NCBI GenBank assembly: GCA_002367695.1
Contig: DFDK01000114.1
Coordinates: 41,338 to 87,144 of the forward strand
Source: Acidimicrobium sp. UBA3029
GTDB taxonomy: Bacteria; Actinomycetota; Acidimicrobiia; Acidimicrobiales; Ilumatobacteraceae
Direction: 5' to 3'
Length of the DNA stretch: 45,807 nt
Each line of letters begins with the position of its first letter. Position 1 is the first letter of the stretch. Positions 27,599 through 35,290 of this stretch are shown here, one piece after another. The notes below the pieces were generated by a model, which worked only from the letters and a program-made list of their open reading frames with translations, had not been told where the DNA came from and did not search any database. The position numbers and the translations under genes were made by a program.

Positions 27599-28705
27599 TT
27601 AATCTTTGAGCGCAAATTTGCTTGAACTAGATGACATTTCATCGAGCACACCAACTATTGGACGCACGCCAATCCCTACCGTATTTGGCACATCGATGTA
27701 GCCGTCGTGAAGCACAAACGGTTCAGTCACATCTTGCACGAAGTACCGAGAAGAAGCCGAAGTGTCACCTGGCAACGTAAAGCCTGGCAATGCTGCGAGC
27801 GCCAGGTTCGCGGCACGACCAATGCCGGTTTCGAGCATTCCCCCGCACCACACGGGCACACCTCGCGAGACACACAAATCATGAATCTTTTTCGATTCTA
27901 AATATCCACCAACCCGCCCAGGCTTGATGTTGATGATTGAACACGCACCAATATCAAGAGCGCCACGCGCTACATCCAATGTCGTAATCGACTCATCTAG
28001 ACAAATTGGTGTTCCAACCTTCTTGCTCAGTTCCACATGTCCGATCAAATCTTCTTCTGGTAACGGTTGTTCTATCAACAGCAAATTGAATTCATCCAAC
28101 TTTGCCAAATGCGGGGCGTCAGCAATGGTGTACGCCGAGTTGGCATCCACCTGCAACAACATGTCATCGCCAAACGCCTCACGCACCGCACGCACCCGTT
28201 CAATGTCTAAACCAGGCTCAATTTTAAGTTTGATACGCACATACCCTTGCTCGAGATACCCGCTTACAGTTTCTAAGAGTTCTTCAGTCGTTGACGCAAT
28301 ACCTACCGACACGCCCGATGCAACGCGTGTTTGAGTGGCTCCCAAAAATGTTGCAAGCGACATTTTGTCGCAGCGCAATTGATAATCAAGAAGTGCGGTT
28401 TCTACTGCGGCTTTAGCCATGAAGTTGCCTCGAATACTTGAGGCCGCCAATACAAACTCTTGAGCCGTCATGGTCGGAGTGATCATCGGCAACAGGTACC
28501 TCGTGATCACTTCATCACAGCCATCAACATATTCGCTCGAGTACAACGGCGCGGCCATCGCCACACACTCACCCCACCCCTCTTCATCGCTGCCAACAAC
28601 ATGCACATACAACAAGTCGCGATCCACTTCCACCCCAAATGAAGTTCGAAACGGTGAAACGAGGTTGATATGTGCTCGCCTGATCTCTATGTGTTCAATC
28701 GTCAT
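27599..28705 (-). CDS. enolase-superfamily o-succinylbenzoate synthase / N-acylamino-acid racemase (NSAR/OSBS subfamily)
   Basis: Catalytic set present: KxK (VRIKLKIEPG), metal ligands in LLQVDANSAY, LIEQPL and ICLDES, second base IINIKPGRVGG, and GGMLETGIGRAA. Its ATG overlaps the upstream GNAT stop as ATGA. Confidence 0.8.
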   Translation of the reverse strand: MTIEHIEIRRAHINLVSPFRTSFGVEVDRDLLYVHVVGSDEEGWGECVAMAAPLYSSEYVDGCDEVITRYLLPMITPTMTAQEFVLAASSIRGNFMAKAAVETALLDYQLRCDKMSLATFLGATQTRVASGVSVGIASTTEELLETVSGYLEQGYVRIKLKIEPGLDIERVRAVREAFGDDMLLQVDANSAYTIADAPHLAKLDEFNLLLIEQPLPEEDLIGHVELSKKVGTPICLDESITTLDVARGALDIGACSIINIKPGRVGGYLESKKIHDLCVSRGVPVWCGGMLETGIGRAANLALAALPGFTLPGDTSASSRYFVQDVTEPFVLHDGYIDVPNTVGIGVRPIVGVLDEMSSSSSKFALKD

Positions 28706-29496
28706 AACACCCCATCTGTTTCATTAGTTTCATCTCGTACATCTAGTACATACGAAAAATCTCGATTCAATCCAACGACCCGCAGGCCACCGAGTCGCGC
28801 AGTTTCAAACTCTGCACGCTGTCGAGTTCTCCAGCCATCAGACTGCACCCGATCAGTCTTGCGCAACTGCTCAATGTCGGCTGGTGTCTCAATGACAACT
28901 GCAGTCTTTGATGGTTCAACAAATGTATTTGCTTGAGGCGCATCGACTCCCGCTACGTTCCAGCGCACCAGCACCCGATCACTTTGTTCTCCCGCATTAA
29001 TTCCGTCATCGAGTTCGCCATAGAAGTTTTGGCGATACCCGAGCACCGTCGCACCAAGTTTGATCAAATTGAAATGCGCATTACGTCGCACAAGTGGGTC
29101 AAATGTCCAGGTGATGGTTTCGAAGCCATTTGCCTTTGCCCAGTCCCACTGATGCCTCTTGATCATCGCCCCGATGCCCTTGCCGGTCACCTCGGGCAAC
29201 ACCCCAGTAGCATGCGAATGTAGGTTTGGGCCATTGCAACCAGGCAACGACTTGCCCACCAATGCGAAGGCCGCTCCAACCACCCTGCTCTCGTCACCAG
29301 CACCTATATATATGACGCTTCCGTAGCCACCATTGTGCAAGCTTGCCGTAATGATCTCTGGCGAAACCATTGATTTCACGCCCCACACTTGATCAAATAG
29401 CTCGGCAATCAAGGCCGAATCGGCAGGCAAATGAGCAACCCGGATCTCTATTCTTCGCATTTGTTCGGGCTCACCTGGGCTGACTGTGCTTTCCAT
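28702..29496 (-). CDS. GNAT-family acyl-CoA N-acyltransferase
   Basis: Acyl-CoA binding motif VLPEVTGKGIGAMIKRHQWDWA followed by a conserved TWTFDPLVRRNAHFNLIKLGA block. The start may be the internal ATG at 29458-29460 (MRRIEIRV), which has an AGGTGAG upstream. Confidence 0.6.
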   Translation of the reverse strand: MESTVSPGEPEQMRRIEIRVAHLPADSALIAELFDQVWGVKSMVSPEIITASLHNGGYGSVIYIGAGDESRVVGAAFALVGKSLPGCNGPNLHSHATGVLPEVTGKGIGAMIKRHQWDWAKANGFETITWTFDPLVRRNAHFNLIKLGATVLGYRQNFYGELDDGINAGEQSDRVLVRWNVAGVDAPQANTFVEPSKTAVVIETPADIEQLRKTDRVQSDGWRTRQRAEFETARLGGLRVVGLNRDFSYVLDVRDETNETDGVL

Positions 29497-29523
29497 TGGT
29501 TAAAACCCTACCGATCAGCCAAG

Positions 29524-30168
29524 ATGGTGGGTATGTCCGTCACCGTCACCATTGTTGATCATCCAATTGCAGCCGAAGCTCTCACCAATTTGCGTGATCA
29601 GAATTCGTCCAACCAAGTCTTTCGCGCCGAGATGCGCAGGCTTTCACTGATCGTGATCGCTGAGGCCACACGATCAGTGCCAACGCGAAAGGTGCGCGTA
29701 ACGACTCCGCTGTGTGAAACTGATGGCTGGCAAATTGCCCAACGCCCGGTGCTTGTTCCAATCCTTCGCGCAGGTCTTGGCATGCTGCCAGCCGCGATGG
29801 AGCTCTTGCCAGATGCCGACATCGCAGTTGTCGGTGTGCAACGCGACGAGATCACACACGAACCGAGTGAATATGTTGCGAAACTCCCAGCACGCCTTGA
29901 TGGCCGTCACTGCATCGTGCTCGACCCGATGCTCGCAACCGGCGGGTCACTCGAGCATGGTTGCAAAATTCTTGCTGCGCGGGGTGCACCACAACCACTC
30001 ACTATCGCATGCGTGCTCGCCGCACCAGAGGGAATTGCCTACCTCGAAAAATCTGGCATGAACTTGCACATCGTCACTGCTTCGATTGATGAGCGACTCA
30101 ACGAGCACGCATTCATTGTTCCGGGTCTAGGCGATGCCGGCGACCGTCAATTTGGTCCGCCGAACTGA
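29524..30168 (+). CDS. upp: uracil phosphoribosyltransferase
   Basis: IVDHPIAAEALTNLRD..LVPILRAGLGM..VLDPMLATGGS..IVPGLGDAGDRQFG. The start is ATG 29524 or ATG 29533. The track ORF start at 29431 would overlap the divergent GNAT gene. Confidence 0.9.
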   Translation: MVGMSVTVTIVDHPIAAEALTNLRDQNSSNQVFRAEMRRLSLIVIAEATRSVPTRKVRVTTPLCETDGWQIAQRPVLVPILRAGLGMLPAAMELLPDADIAVVGVQRDEITHEPSEYVAKLPARLDGRHCIVLDPMLATGGSLEHGCKILAARGAPQPLTIACVLAAPEGIAYLEKSGMNLHIVTASIDERLNEHAFIVPGLGDAGDRQFGPPN

Positions 30169-30171
30169 CTC

Positions 30172-30197
30172 AATTCTTTGATTGATCAAAAAGAATT
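30172..30197. terminator. AT-rich inverted repeat (AATTCTTT..AAAGAATT, with inner TTGATCAA palindrome) between convergent upp and pfkA
   Basis: Read directly from the sequence. The stem is weak and has no U-tract on either strand, so terminator function is speculative. Confidence 0.25.
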
Positions 30198-30199
30198 GA

Positions 30200-31246
30200 T
30201 CAGCCAAAAAAAGTATTGGCAACATCATTAAATAGTGCAAGATCAATCGTCCGCATTTTTCCGCTTGTTACAATCATCGACTCGCGCTCAATACGATCGC
30301 CATGCAAAACGACCATCTGGCCAAAAGCTCGATCGCGCACTGCATCAACCGCAGCTAAACCAAATCGTGTTGCAAGCACGCGGTCATAACTCGTTGGAGT
30401 TCCACCCCGTTGCACGTAACCAAGTTGTACAACGCGCGAGTCATACCCTGTGCGCGCACTTAATGCAGGCGCAATTACGTGCGCGATGTCGCCAAGTCGC
30501 TCACGTCCATACAAGTCGTATTGCCGATCTGGCAAAATCAACCCGTCACTTCCCAAGCCACTCAATGGTTTTGCACCTTCCGCAACAACCACGACCGATG
30601 CGTATCTGCCGCGATCATGACGGTGCGCCACCACATCTGACAACTTGTTGATATCGAAGGCCACTTCAGGAACAAGAATTGCAGTTGCACCACCAGCCAT
30701 ACCTGCGTGCAGTGCTATCCATCCCGCATCACGGCCCATCACTTCAATCACCATTACTCTGTCATGACTCTCGGCCGTTGTGTGCAAGCGATCAATCGCG
30801 TCAGTTGCAATTTGTACCGCAGTATTAAAACCAAATGTGGCGTCAGTGCCAACTACGTCATTATCGATCGTCTTGGGAACACCGACTATTGGCAGCCCAT
30901 GTTGTTCCGACAATATTGATCCAACAGTGAGCGAGCCGTTGCCCCCGATCACCACGAGCGCATCAATAGCCAAGTCGGCAAGTGAGCGTTTAACACGATC
31001 CACTCCATCGCTCGTTTCAAGTGGGCTACCTCGACGAGTTCCAAGAATTGTGCCACCTCGTGGAAGTGTTCCCCGCACACTTGCGTCATCGAGCATCACT
31101 CCGCGTTGTTCCATGACACCGTCCCAAGCGTCATAGAAACCAAAAACTTCGGCACCTCTATCGAGAGTGGTCTTGCGCACGATTGCACGAATGACCGCGT
31201 TGAGTCCGGGGCAATCTCCGCCACCCGTCAACACACCGATGCGCAT
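30200..31246 (-). CDS. pfkA: 6-phosphofructokinase (actinobacterial PfkA type; phosphoryl donor not assignable)
   Basis: MRIGVLTGGGDCPGLNAVIRA, VVIGGNGSL, GVPKTIDNDV, VMGRDAGWIAL. Confidence 0.9.
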   Translation of the reverse strand: MRIGVLTGGGDCPGLNAVIRAIVRKTTLDRGAEVFGFYDAWDGVMEQRGVMLDDASVRGTLPRGGTILGTRRGSPLETSDGVDRVKRSLADLAIDALVVIGGNGSLTVGSILSEQHGLPIVGVPKTIDNDVVGTDATFGFNTAVQIATDAIDRLHTTAESHDRVMVIEVMGRDAGWIALHAGMAGGATAILVPEVAFDINKLSDVVAHRHDRGRYASVVVVAEGAKPLSGLGSDGLILPDRQYDLYGRERLGDIAHVIAPALSARTGYDSRVVQLGYVQRGGTPTSYDRVLATRFGLAAVDAVRDRAFGQMVVLHGDRIERESMIVTSGKMRTIDLALFNDVANTFFG

Positions 31247-31340
31247 GACTTCAGCCTACGAGTACATGTTGATACGACTTCTTATGTGACTTGTGTTCTG
31301 AACGTCACTTCACAACTTGCTAATTAGTACTATTTAAGGC

Positions 31341-31634
31341 ATGACGAAGACTGCAACAAAAGCAACAGCGAAAACCACTTCAAGGTCTGTTTCGAAGCCA
31401 AGTGAAACGTCACTAAAACGTGATGTGCAGAACATGCGCAATGAATTGGCCGACCGACTCTTCACCCTCAGGTCAAAACACGACCTCAGCCAGGCCAGCC
31501 TTGCCGAGTTGGCCGGGATAGACCGCAAAACCATTAACCGTATAGAAAATGGCCATTTCTCCCCCGCTCTCGACACGCTCGTGAGGCTCAGTTCGGCCCT
31601 TGGAGTCACCCCTTCCAGCCTGCTAAAAGCCTAA
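31341..31634 (+). CDS. XRE-family helix-turn-helix transcriptional regulator with basic N-terminal tail
   Basis: HTH core LSQASLAELAGIDRKTINRIENGHFSPALDTLVRLSSALGV, preceded by about 35 residues rich in K/T/A/S. Confidence 0.8.
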   Translation: MTKTATKATAKTTSRSVSKPSETSLKRDVQNMRNELADRLFTLRSKHDLSQASLAELAGIDRKTINRIENGHFSPALDTLVRLSSALGVTPSSLLKA

Positions 31635-31722
31635 AAATCAGTACCAGGTGAACGGAAGTTGACATCCACCCTGTAATTGTGGATAAGGTACCCCATACCA
31701 ATTACCAAACAGGGGGAAGTAC

Positions 31723-33351
31723 ATGTCAGAAGTAAATGAAATGGTTCAAGACGTGGCGAAAGCAGGAATTTCGCGTCGGCACTTCGTGCAGGGTGCAGCT
31801 GCAGTAGCAGCAGGTGCCGCACTTCCAATGACACAGATTCTTGGAAGCTCTTCAGTAAGCGCCGCTGGCAAAGTTTTCAGATTTGCATCGCAAGCGCAAG
31901 AAGGACCAGCAGCGCCTTGGATGACAAAAGGTGGATCGCTCGGCATTCTCAATGCAGTAGGAGCATGGCTTATTGATGTTGATCCATCAGGTGCACTTGT
32001 ACCAAGCATCGCTACAAAGTGGATGGGTTCGAACGGAGGTAAGACTTGGACCTTCACAATTCGCACTGACGCAAAGTTCCACGATGGATCCAGACTCACA
32101 GCAGACGATGTTGTTTACACGCTTAAGACGCACCTCGACCCAGCGAATAAATCACAGTCGGCAGGGCGACTTGGCGATTGCACTTCAGCGGGCATCGTAA
32201 AAGTTAATGCAACAACAGTTCGCTTTAACTTGAAGAATGCAAATGCCAACTTCCCTTACGTAGTTTCAAGTTCGAACTACGGTCTTCTGATCTTGAAGAA
32301 AGGCGAGAAAGGCGACGAGTCATGGGTTAAAAAAATGAACGGCGCAGGAAAGTGGATTTTGGTCTCGCACAAAGTCAACGAAAAGACCGTGTTCAAGCGC
32401 AACCCGAACTACTTTGACAAGGCAAAAATGCCAAAGTTCGAAAGAATGGAGCAAATTCAGTACGTTTCCCAGAGTGCTGCAATTCCAGCCTTGAAGACTG
32501 GAAAGCTTGACGCGATCCATTTGCTTTACGGCACTGAGGCAAACACACTTCCAACGTCGAAGTTCTACAAAACTTTGGTTCCAACTTGTGGTGGTTTGCA
32601 CATGCACATGCGATGCGATATCGGTCAATTGACCGACAAGCGTGTTCGTGAAGCCATTGCTTTGTCACTTGATCGCAATGCTTACATTAAGGGCGTTCTG
32701 GGTGGCTATGCAGTGGTTGCAAACGACTCAGTAATGGACTCGTTCCCAACTGTAGATAAATCAGTTCCGCAACGAAAGAAAGATATCGTTCGCGCAAAAG
32801 CATTGCTTAAAGAAGCTGGTGTGCCGAACGGTTTCAAAGTAACTCTTCAGAGTTGGAAGCGCGATGACATCGACAAGTTCACTCAGTTTGTCAAGTCGTC
32901 TTTGAAACAAATCGGCATTGACGTAACAGTCGATCTCGACGGCTCAGACGGCGGAGGCGCAAGATGGTATGCCTACTCTGTCTACCCATCGGTGAAGGGC
33001 TCAAAAGTTCCGAACAAGGGTGAATGGCTCGCTAGCGAATTCGGTATTGCCGAATGGGCTGGCCGTCCAACTCCAGACGAGTACCTCACACGTGAGTGGG
33101 CCTCAACTGGTGACTGGAACCCGGCCTACCTTAATTCGCCTGCGCTTGATGCGGCGATTAAGGCATGGCAACGTGCTCTCACACCTGCAAAGAAAAAGGC
33201 TGCAAGTTCGGCTATTCAGAAGGCAGCCCTCAAGGAAACACCGATCATCGTTGCTTACAACGAGATCCGTGTTTCGGTAACTTCAAACAAAGTGAAGGGT
33301 GTTAAGTTCAATCAGCAAGGTGCGGTTTACGACACTGGTCGAAGCGCCTAA
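31723..33351 (+). CDS. ABC transporter substrate-binding protein, family 5 (peptide/nickel type), Tat signal
   Basis: Twin-arginine motif SRRHFVQGAAAVAAGAALP, an SBP_bac_5-like body (WTFTIRTDAKFHDGSRLTADDVVYT), and AGGGGGAA 4 nt before the ATG. Confidence 0.85.
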   Translation: MSEVNEMVQDVAKAGISRRHFVQGAAAVAAGAALPMTQILGSSSVSAAGKVFRFASQAQEGPAAPWMTKGGSLGILNAVGAWLIDVDPSGALVPSIATKWMGSNGGKTWTFTIRTDAKFHDGSRLTADDVVYTLKTHLDPANKSQSAGRLGDCTSAGIVKVNATTVRFNLKNANANFPYVVSSSNYGLLILKKGEKGDESWVKKMNGAGKWILVSHKVNEKTVFKRNPNYFDKAKMPKFERMEQIQYVSQSAAIPALKTGKLDAIHLLYGTEANTLPTSKFYKTLVPTCGGLHMHMRCDIGQLTDKRVREAIALSLDRNAYIKGVLGGYAVVANDSVMDSFPTVDKSVPQRKKDIVRAKALLKEAGVPNGFKVTLQSWKRDDIDKFTQFVKSSLKQIGIDVTVDLDGSDGGGARWYAYSVYPSVKGSKVPNKGEWLASEFGIAEWAGRPTPDEYLTREWASTGDWNPAYLNSPALDAAIKAWQRALTPAKKKAASSAIQKAALKETPIIVAYNEIRVSVTSNKVKGVKFNQQGAVYDTGRSA

Positions 33352-33382
33352 TAGCGAGTTAACTGACTAAAATTAATTAGAA

Positions 33383-33424
33383 AAAGAGACCGGCCTAGGA
33401 AACTAGGTCGGTCTCTTTTTATTT
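33383..33424 (+). terminator. Rho-independent terminator after the first binding-protein gene
   Basis: AAAGAGACCGGCCTAG-GAAA-CTAGGTCGGTCTCTTT is a 16-bp stem with one G-U pair, followed by TTTTTATTT. It begins 32 nt after the stop codon. Confidence 0.8.
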
Positions 33425-33473
33425 GCCCAAGCTTTGGGGATATTGAGATGGCGTTGCTAAACTTGCAATTTCT

Positions 33474-34430
33474 ATGCTGAGATTTGTCGTTAAGCGCATT
33501 GGGCTGTCAATAATGACATTAATCATGGTCTCGCTCATTGTATTTTTGATGACGTCAATCTTGCCCGGGGATATCGCCAAACAAACTCTTGGTAGAGATG
33601 CATCGACTGAAGCCTACGAAATTTGGAACAAAGAAAAAGGTTTTGATAAGCCACTCGTCGTGCAATACGGCCGCTGGATGGGTGGGGTTGTGACAGGCGA
33701 TCTGGGCATTTCGTTGCAATATGAACAACCTGTCTCTGAAATCTTGGGGCCCGCAGCAGGTAAGTCTGCGCAGTTGGCGATTGTCGCATTGATTTTGATT
33801 GCACCGATCAGTATTTTGGGTGGCATTGCTGCAGCGATGAATAGGGGCAAGAAAGTTGACCGAGTATTGACCGTTGGCGGTTTGTCTGCTGCCGTAATCC
33901 CAGAGTTTGTTTGGGCGGTCGTATTGATTCTTGTGTTTGGTGTAGCGATTCGAGCGTTCCCTGTTTCGGCTTTTCCTGACGAAGAGAACCCAAATATTTT
34001 TAACAGTATTTATCATTTACTGCTTCCGTCGATTGCATTGCTCTTTGTGTTGTTTGGCTATATTTCAAGAATCACCCGTGCGGGCGTGATTGAAGCGCTT
34101 GATTCTGACTACATGCGCACAGCAGTGCTTAAGGGTCTTTCAAGAAAGGCTGCAGTGTTTAGGCACGTGTTGCGCAATGCTTTGTTGCCAACTATCGCGG
34201 TTATCGCAACACAAGTGCCGTACCTTGCAGGTGGACTCATCGCGATCGAAAGAGTTTTCAACTACCCGGGTTTCGGCAATATTTTATTGGATGCTGTAAT
34301 CGCGCGAGACTTTCCCCTACTGCAGACCGCAGTATTTCTCACAGGTGCAGTAATTATTTGTTTTCAGTTGATTGCCGACATTTTGTTTGCAGTTCTGAAC
34401 CCACGCATTAGACAAAGGGTGACAGAGTGA
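33474..34430 (+). CDS. ABC transporter permease (DppB/OppB type)
   Basis: MLRFVVKRIGLSIMTLIMVSLIVF N-terminus and the conserved loop SDYMRTAVLKGLSRKAAVFRHVLRNALLP. Confidence 0.85.
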   Translation: MLRFVVKRIGLSIMTLIMVSLIVFLMTSILPGDIAKQTLGRDASTEAYEIWNKEKGFDKPLVVQYGRWMGGVVTGDLGISLQYEQPVSEILGPAAGKSAQLAIVALILIAPISILGGIAAAMNRGKKVDRVLTVGGLSAAVIPEFVWAVVLILVFGVAIRAFPVSAFPDEENPNIFNSIYHLLLPSIALLFVLFGYISRITRAGVIEALDSDYMRTAVLKGLSRKAAVFRHVLRNALLPTIAVIATQVPYLAGGLIAIERVFNYPGFGNILLDAVIARDFPLLQTAVFLTGAVIICFQLIADILFAVLNPRIRQRVTE

Positions 34431-35290
34431 CAGACGAAACAGCAAAACAAACCAAACAGACCGAGCTAAGTGAACGTCTCGCAGTTCTCAAAAAGAATAA
34501 GGCGTTCATAGTTGGGGCATCAATCTTGGCCTTCTGGATATTTAGCGCAATTTTCGGCAAATTAATTGCTAGATACGACCAGGACTTCATGGATTATGAG
34601 TCGATTAACTCTGCGCCATCTTTGAAGTATTGGTTCGGTACCGATAGTAACGGACGAGATGTTTTCTCAAGAGTAATTGTTGGCTCACGAATTATCATGG
34701 TTATTTCTTTTCTTGCTACTTTGCTCGGGGCATTTGTCGGCGCATCGCTTGGTTTGACCGCTGGTTATCTCAAAGGAAAATACGACATGATCTTGATGCG
34801 CATTCTTGAAGCCATTTCGGCGATACCCGTGATCATTATTGCGCTATTGGCAGTTGCTGCGATCGGTCAGTCGTCGCCAATAATCACAATTTTGATTATT
34901 GGTTTCATCTTTACGCCAAACGTGGCGCGAACTGTGCGCGCAGCGGTGCTGGGCGAGTCTGAACTCGAATATGTTGCTGCTGCAAAGTTGCGTACCGAAA
35001 AGACATTACATATTTTGTTTAGAGAAGTTCTGCCAAATGTTTTGCCAACTTTGATTGTTGAGTTCACCGTTCGTCTCGGGTACGCGATCTTCGCAGTTGC
35101 AACTCTGTCATTTTTGGGCGCTGGACTAGAAGCCGGTTCGCCTGACTGGGGAACGCAAGTAGCTGATACTTGGACACTGATTTTCACAAACGTCTGGTGG
35201 CCTACTTTGTTTCCGTCGTTGGCAATTGCTTCGGTTGCAGTCAGCATTAACCTAATTTCAGATGCATTGCTTGAGGTTTTTGAGTTATGA
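34427..35290 (+). CDS. ABC transporter permease (DppC/OppC type)
   Basis: WFGTDSNGRDVFSRVIVGSR and EYVAAAKLRTEKTLHILFREVLPNVLP. It has 4-nt overlaps with both neighbouring genes. Confidence 0.85.
   Translation: MTDETAKQTKQTELSERLAVLKKNKAFIVGASILAFWIFSAIFGKLIARYDQDFMDYESINSAPSLKYWFGTDSNGRDVFSRVIVGSRIIMVISFLATLLGAFVGASLGLTAGYLKGKYDMILMRILEAISAIPVIIIALLAVAAIGQSSPIITILIIGFIFTPNVARTVRAAVLGESELEYVAAAKLRTEKTLHILFREVLPNVLPTLIVEFTVRLGYAIFAVATLSFLGAGLEAGSPDWGTQVADTWTLIFTNVWWPTLFPSLAIASVAVSINLISDALLEVFEL

Noticed and set aside
31286-31315. Operator-like repeats (GTGAC..GTCAC, TTGTG..CACAA) upstream of the XRE gene
   Set aside because: The half-sites are only 5 bp and are arranged in a crossing, non-palindromic way, so they are easily explained by chance.
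31341-31634. XRE protein as the antitoxin of a toxin-antitoxin pair
   Set aside because: No small partner ORF is adjacent on either side. The neighbours are pfkA (divergent) and a 542-aa binding protein.
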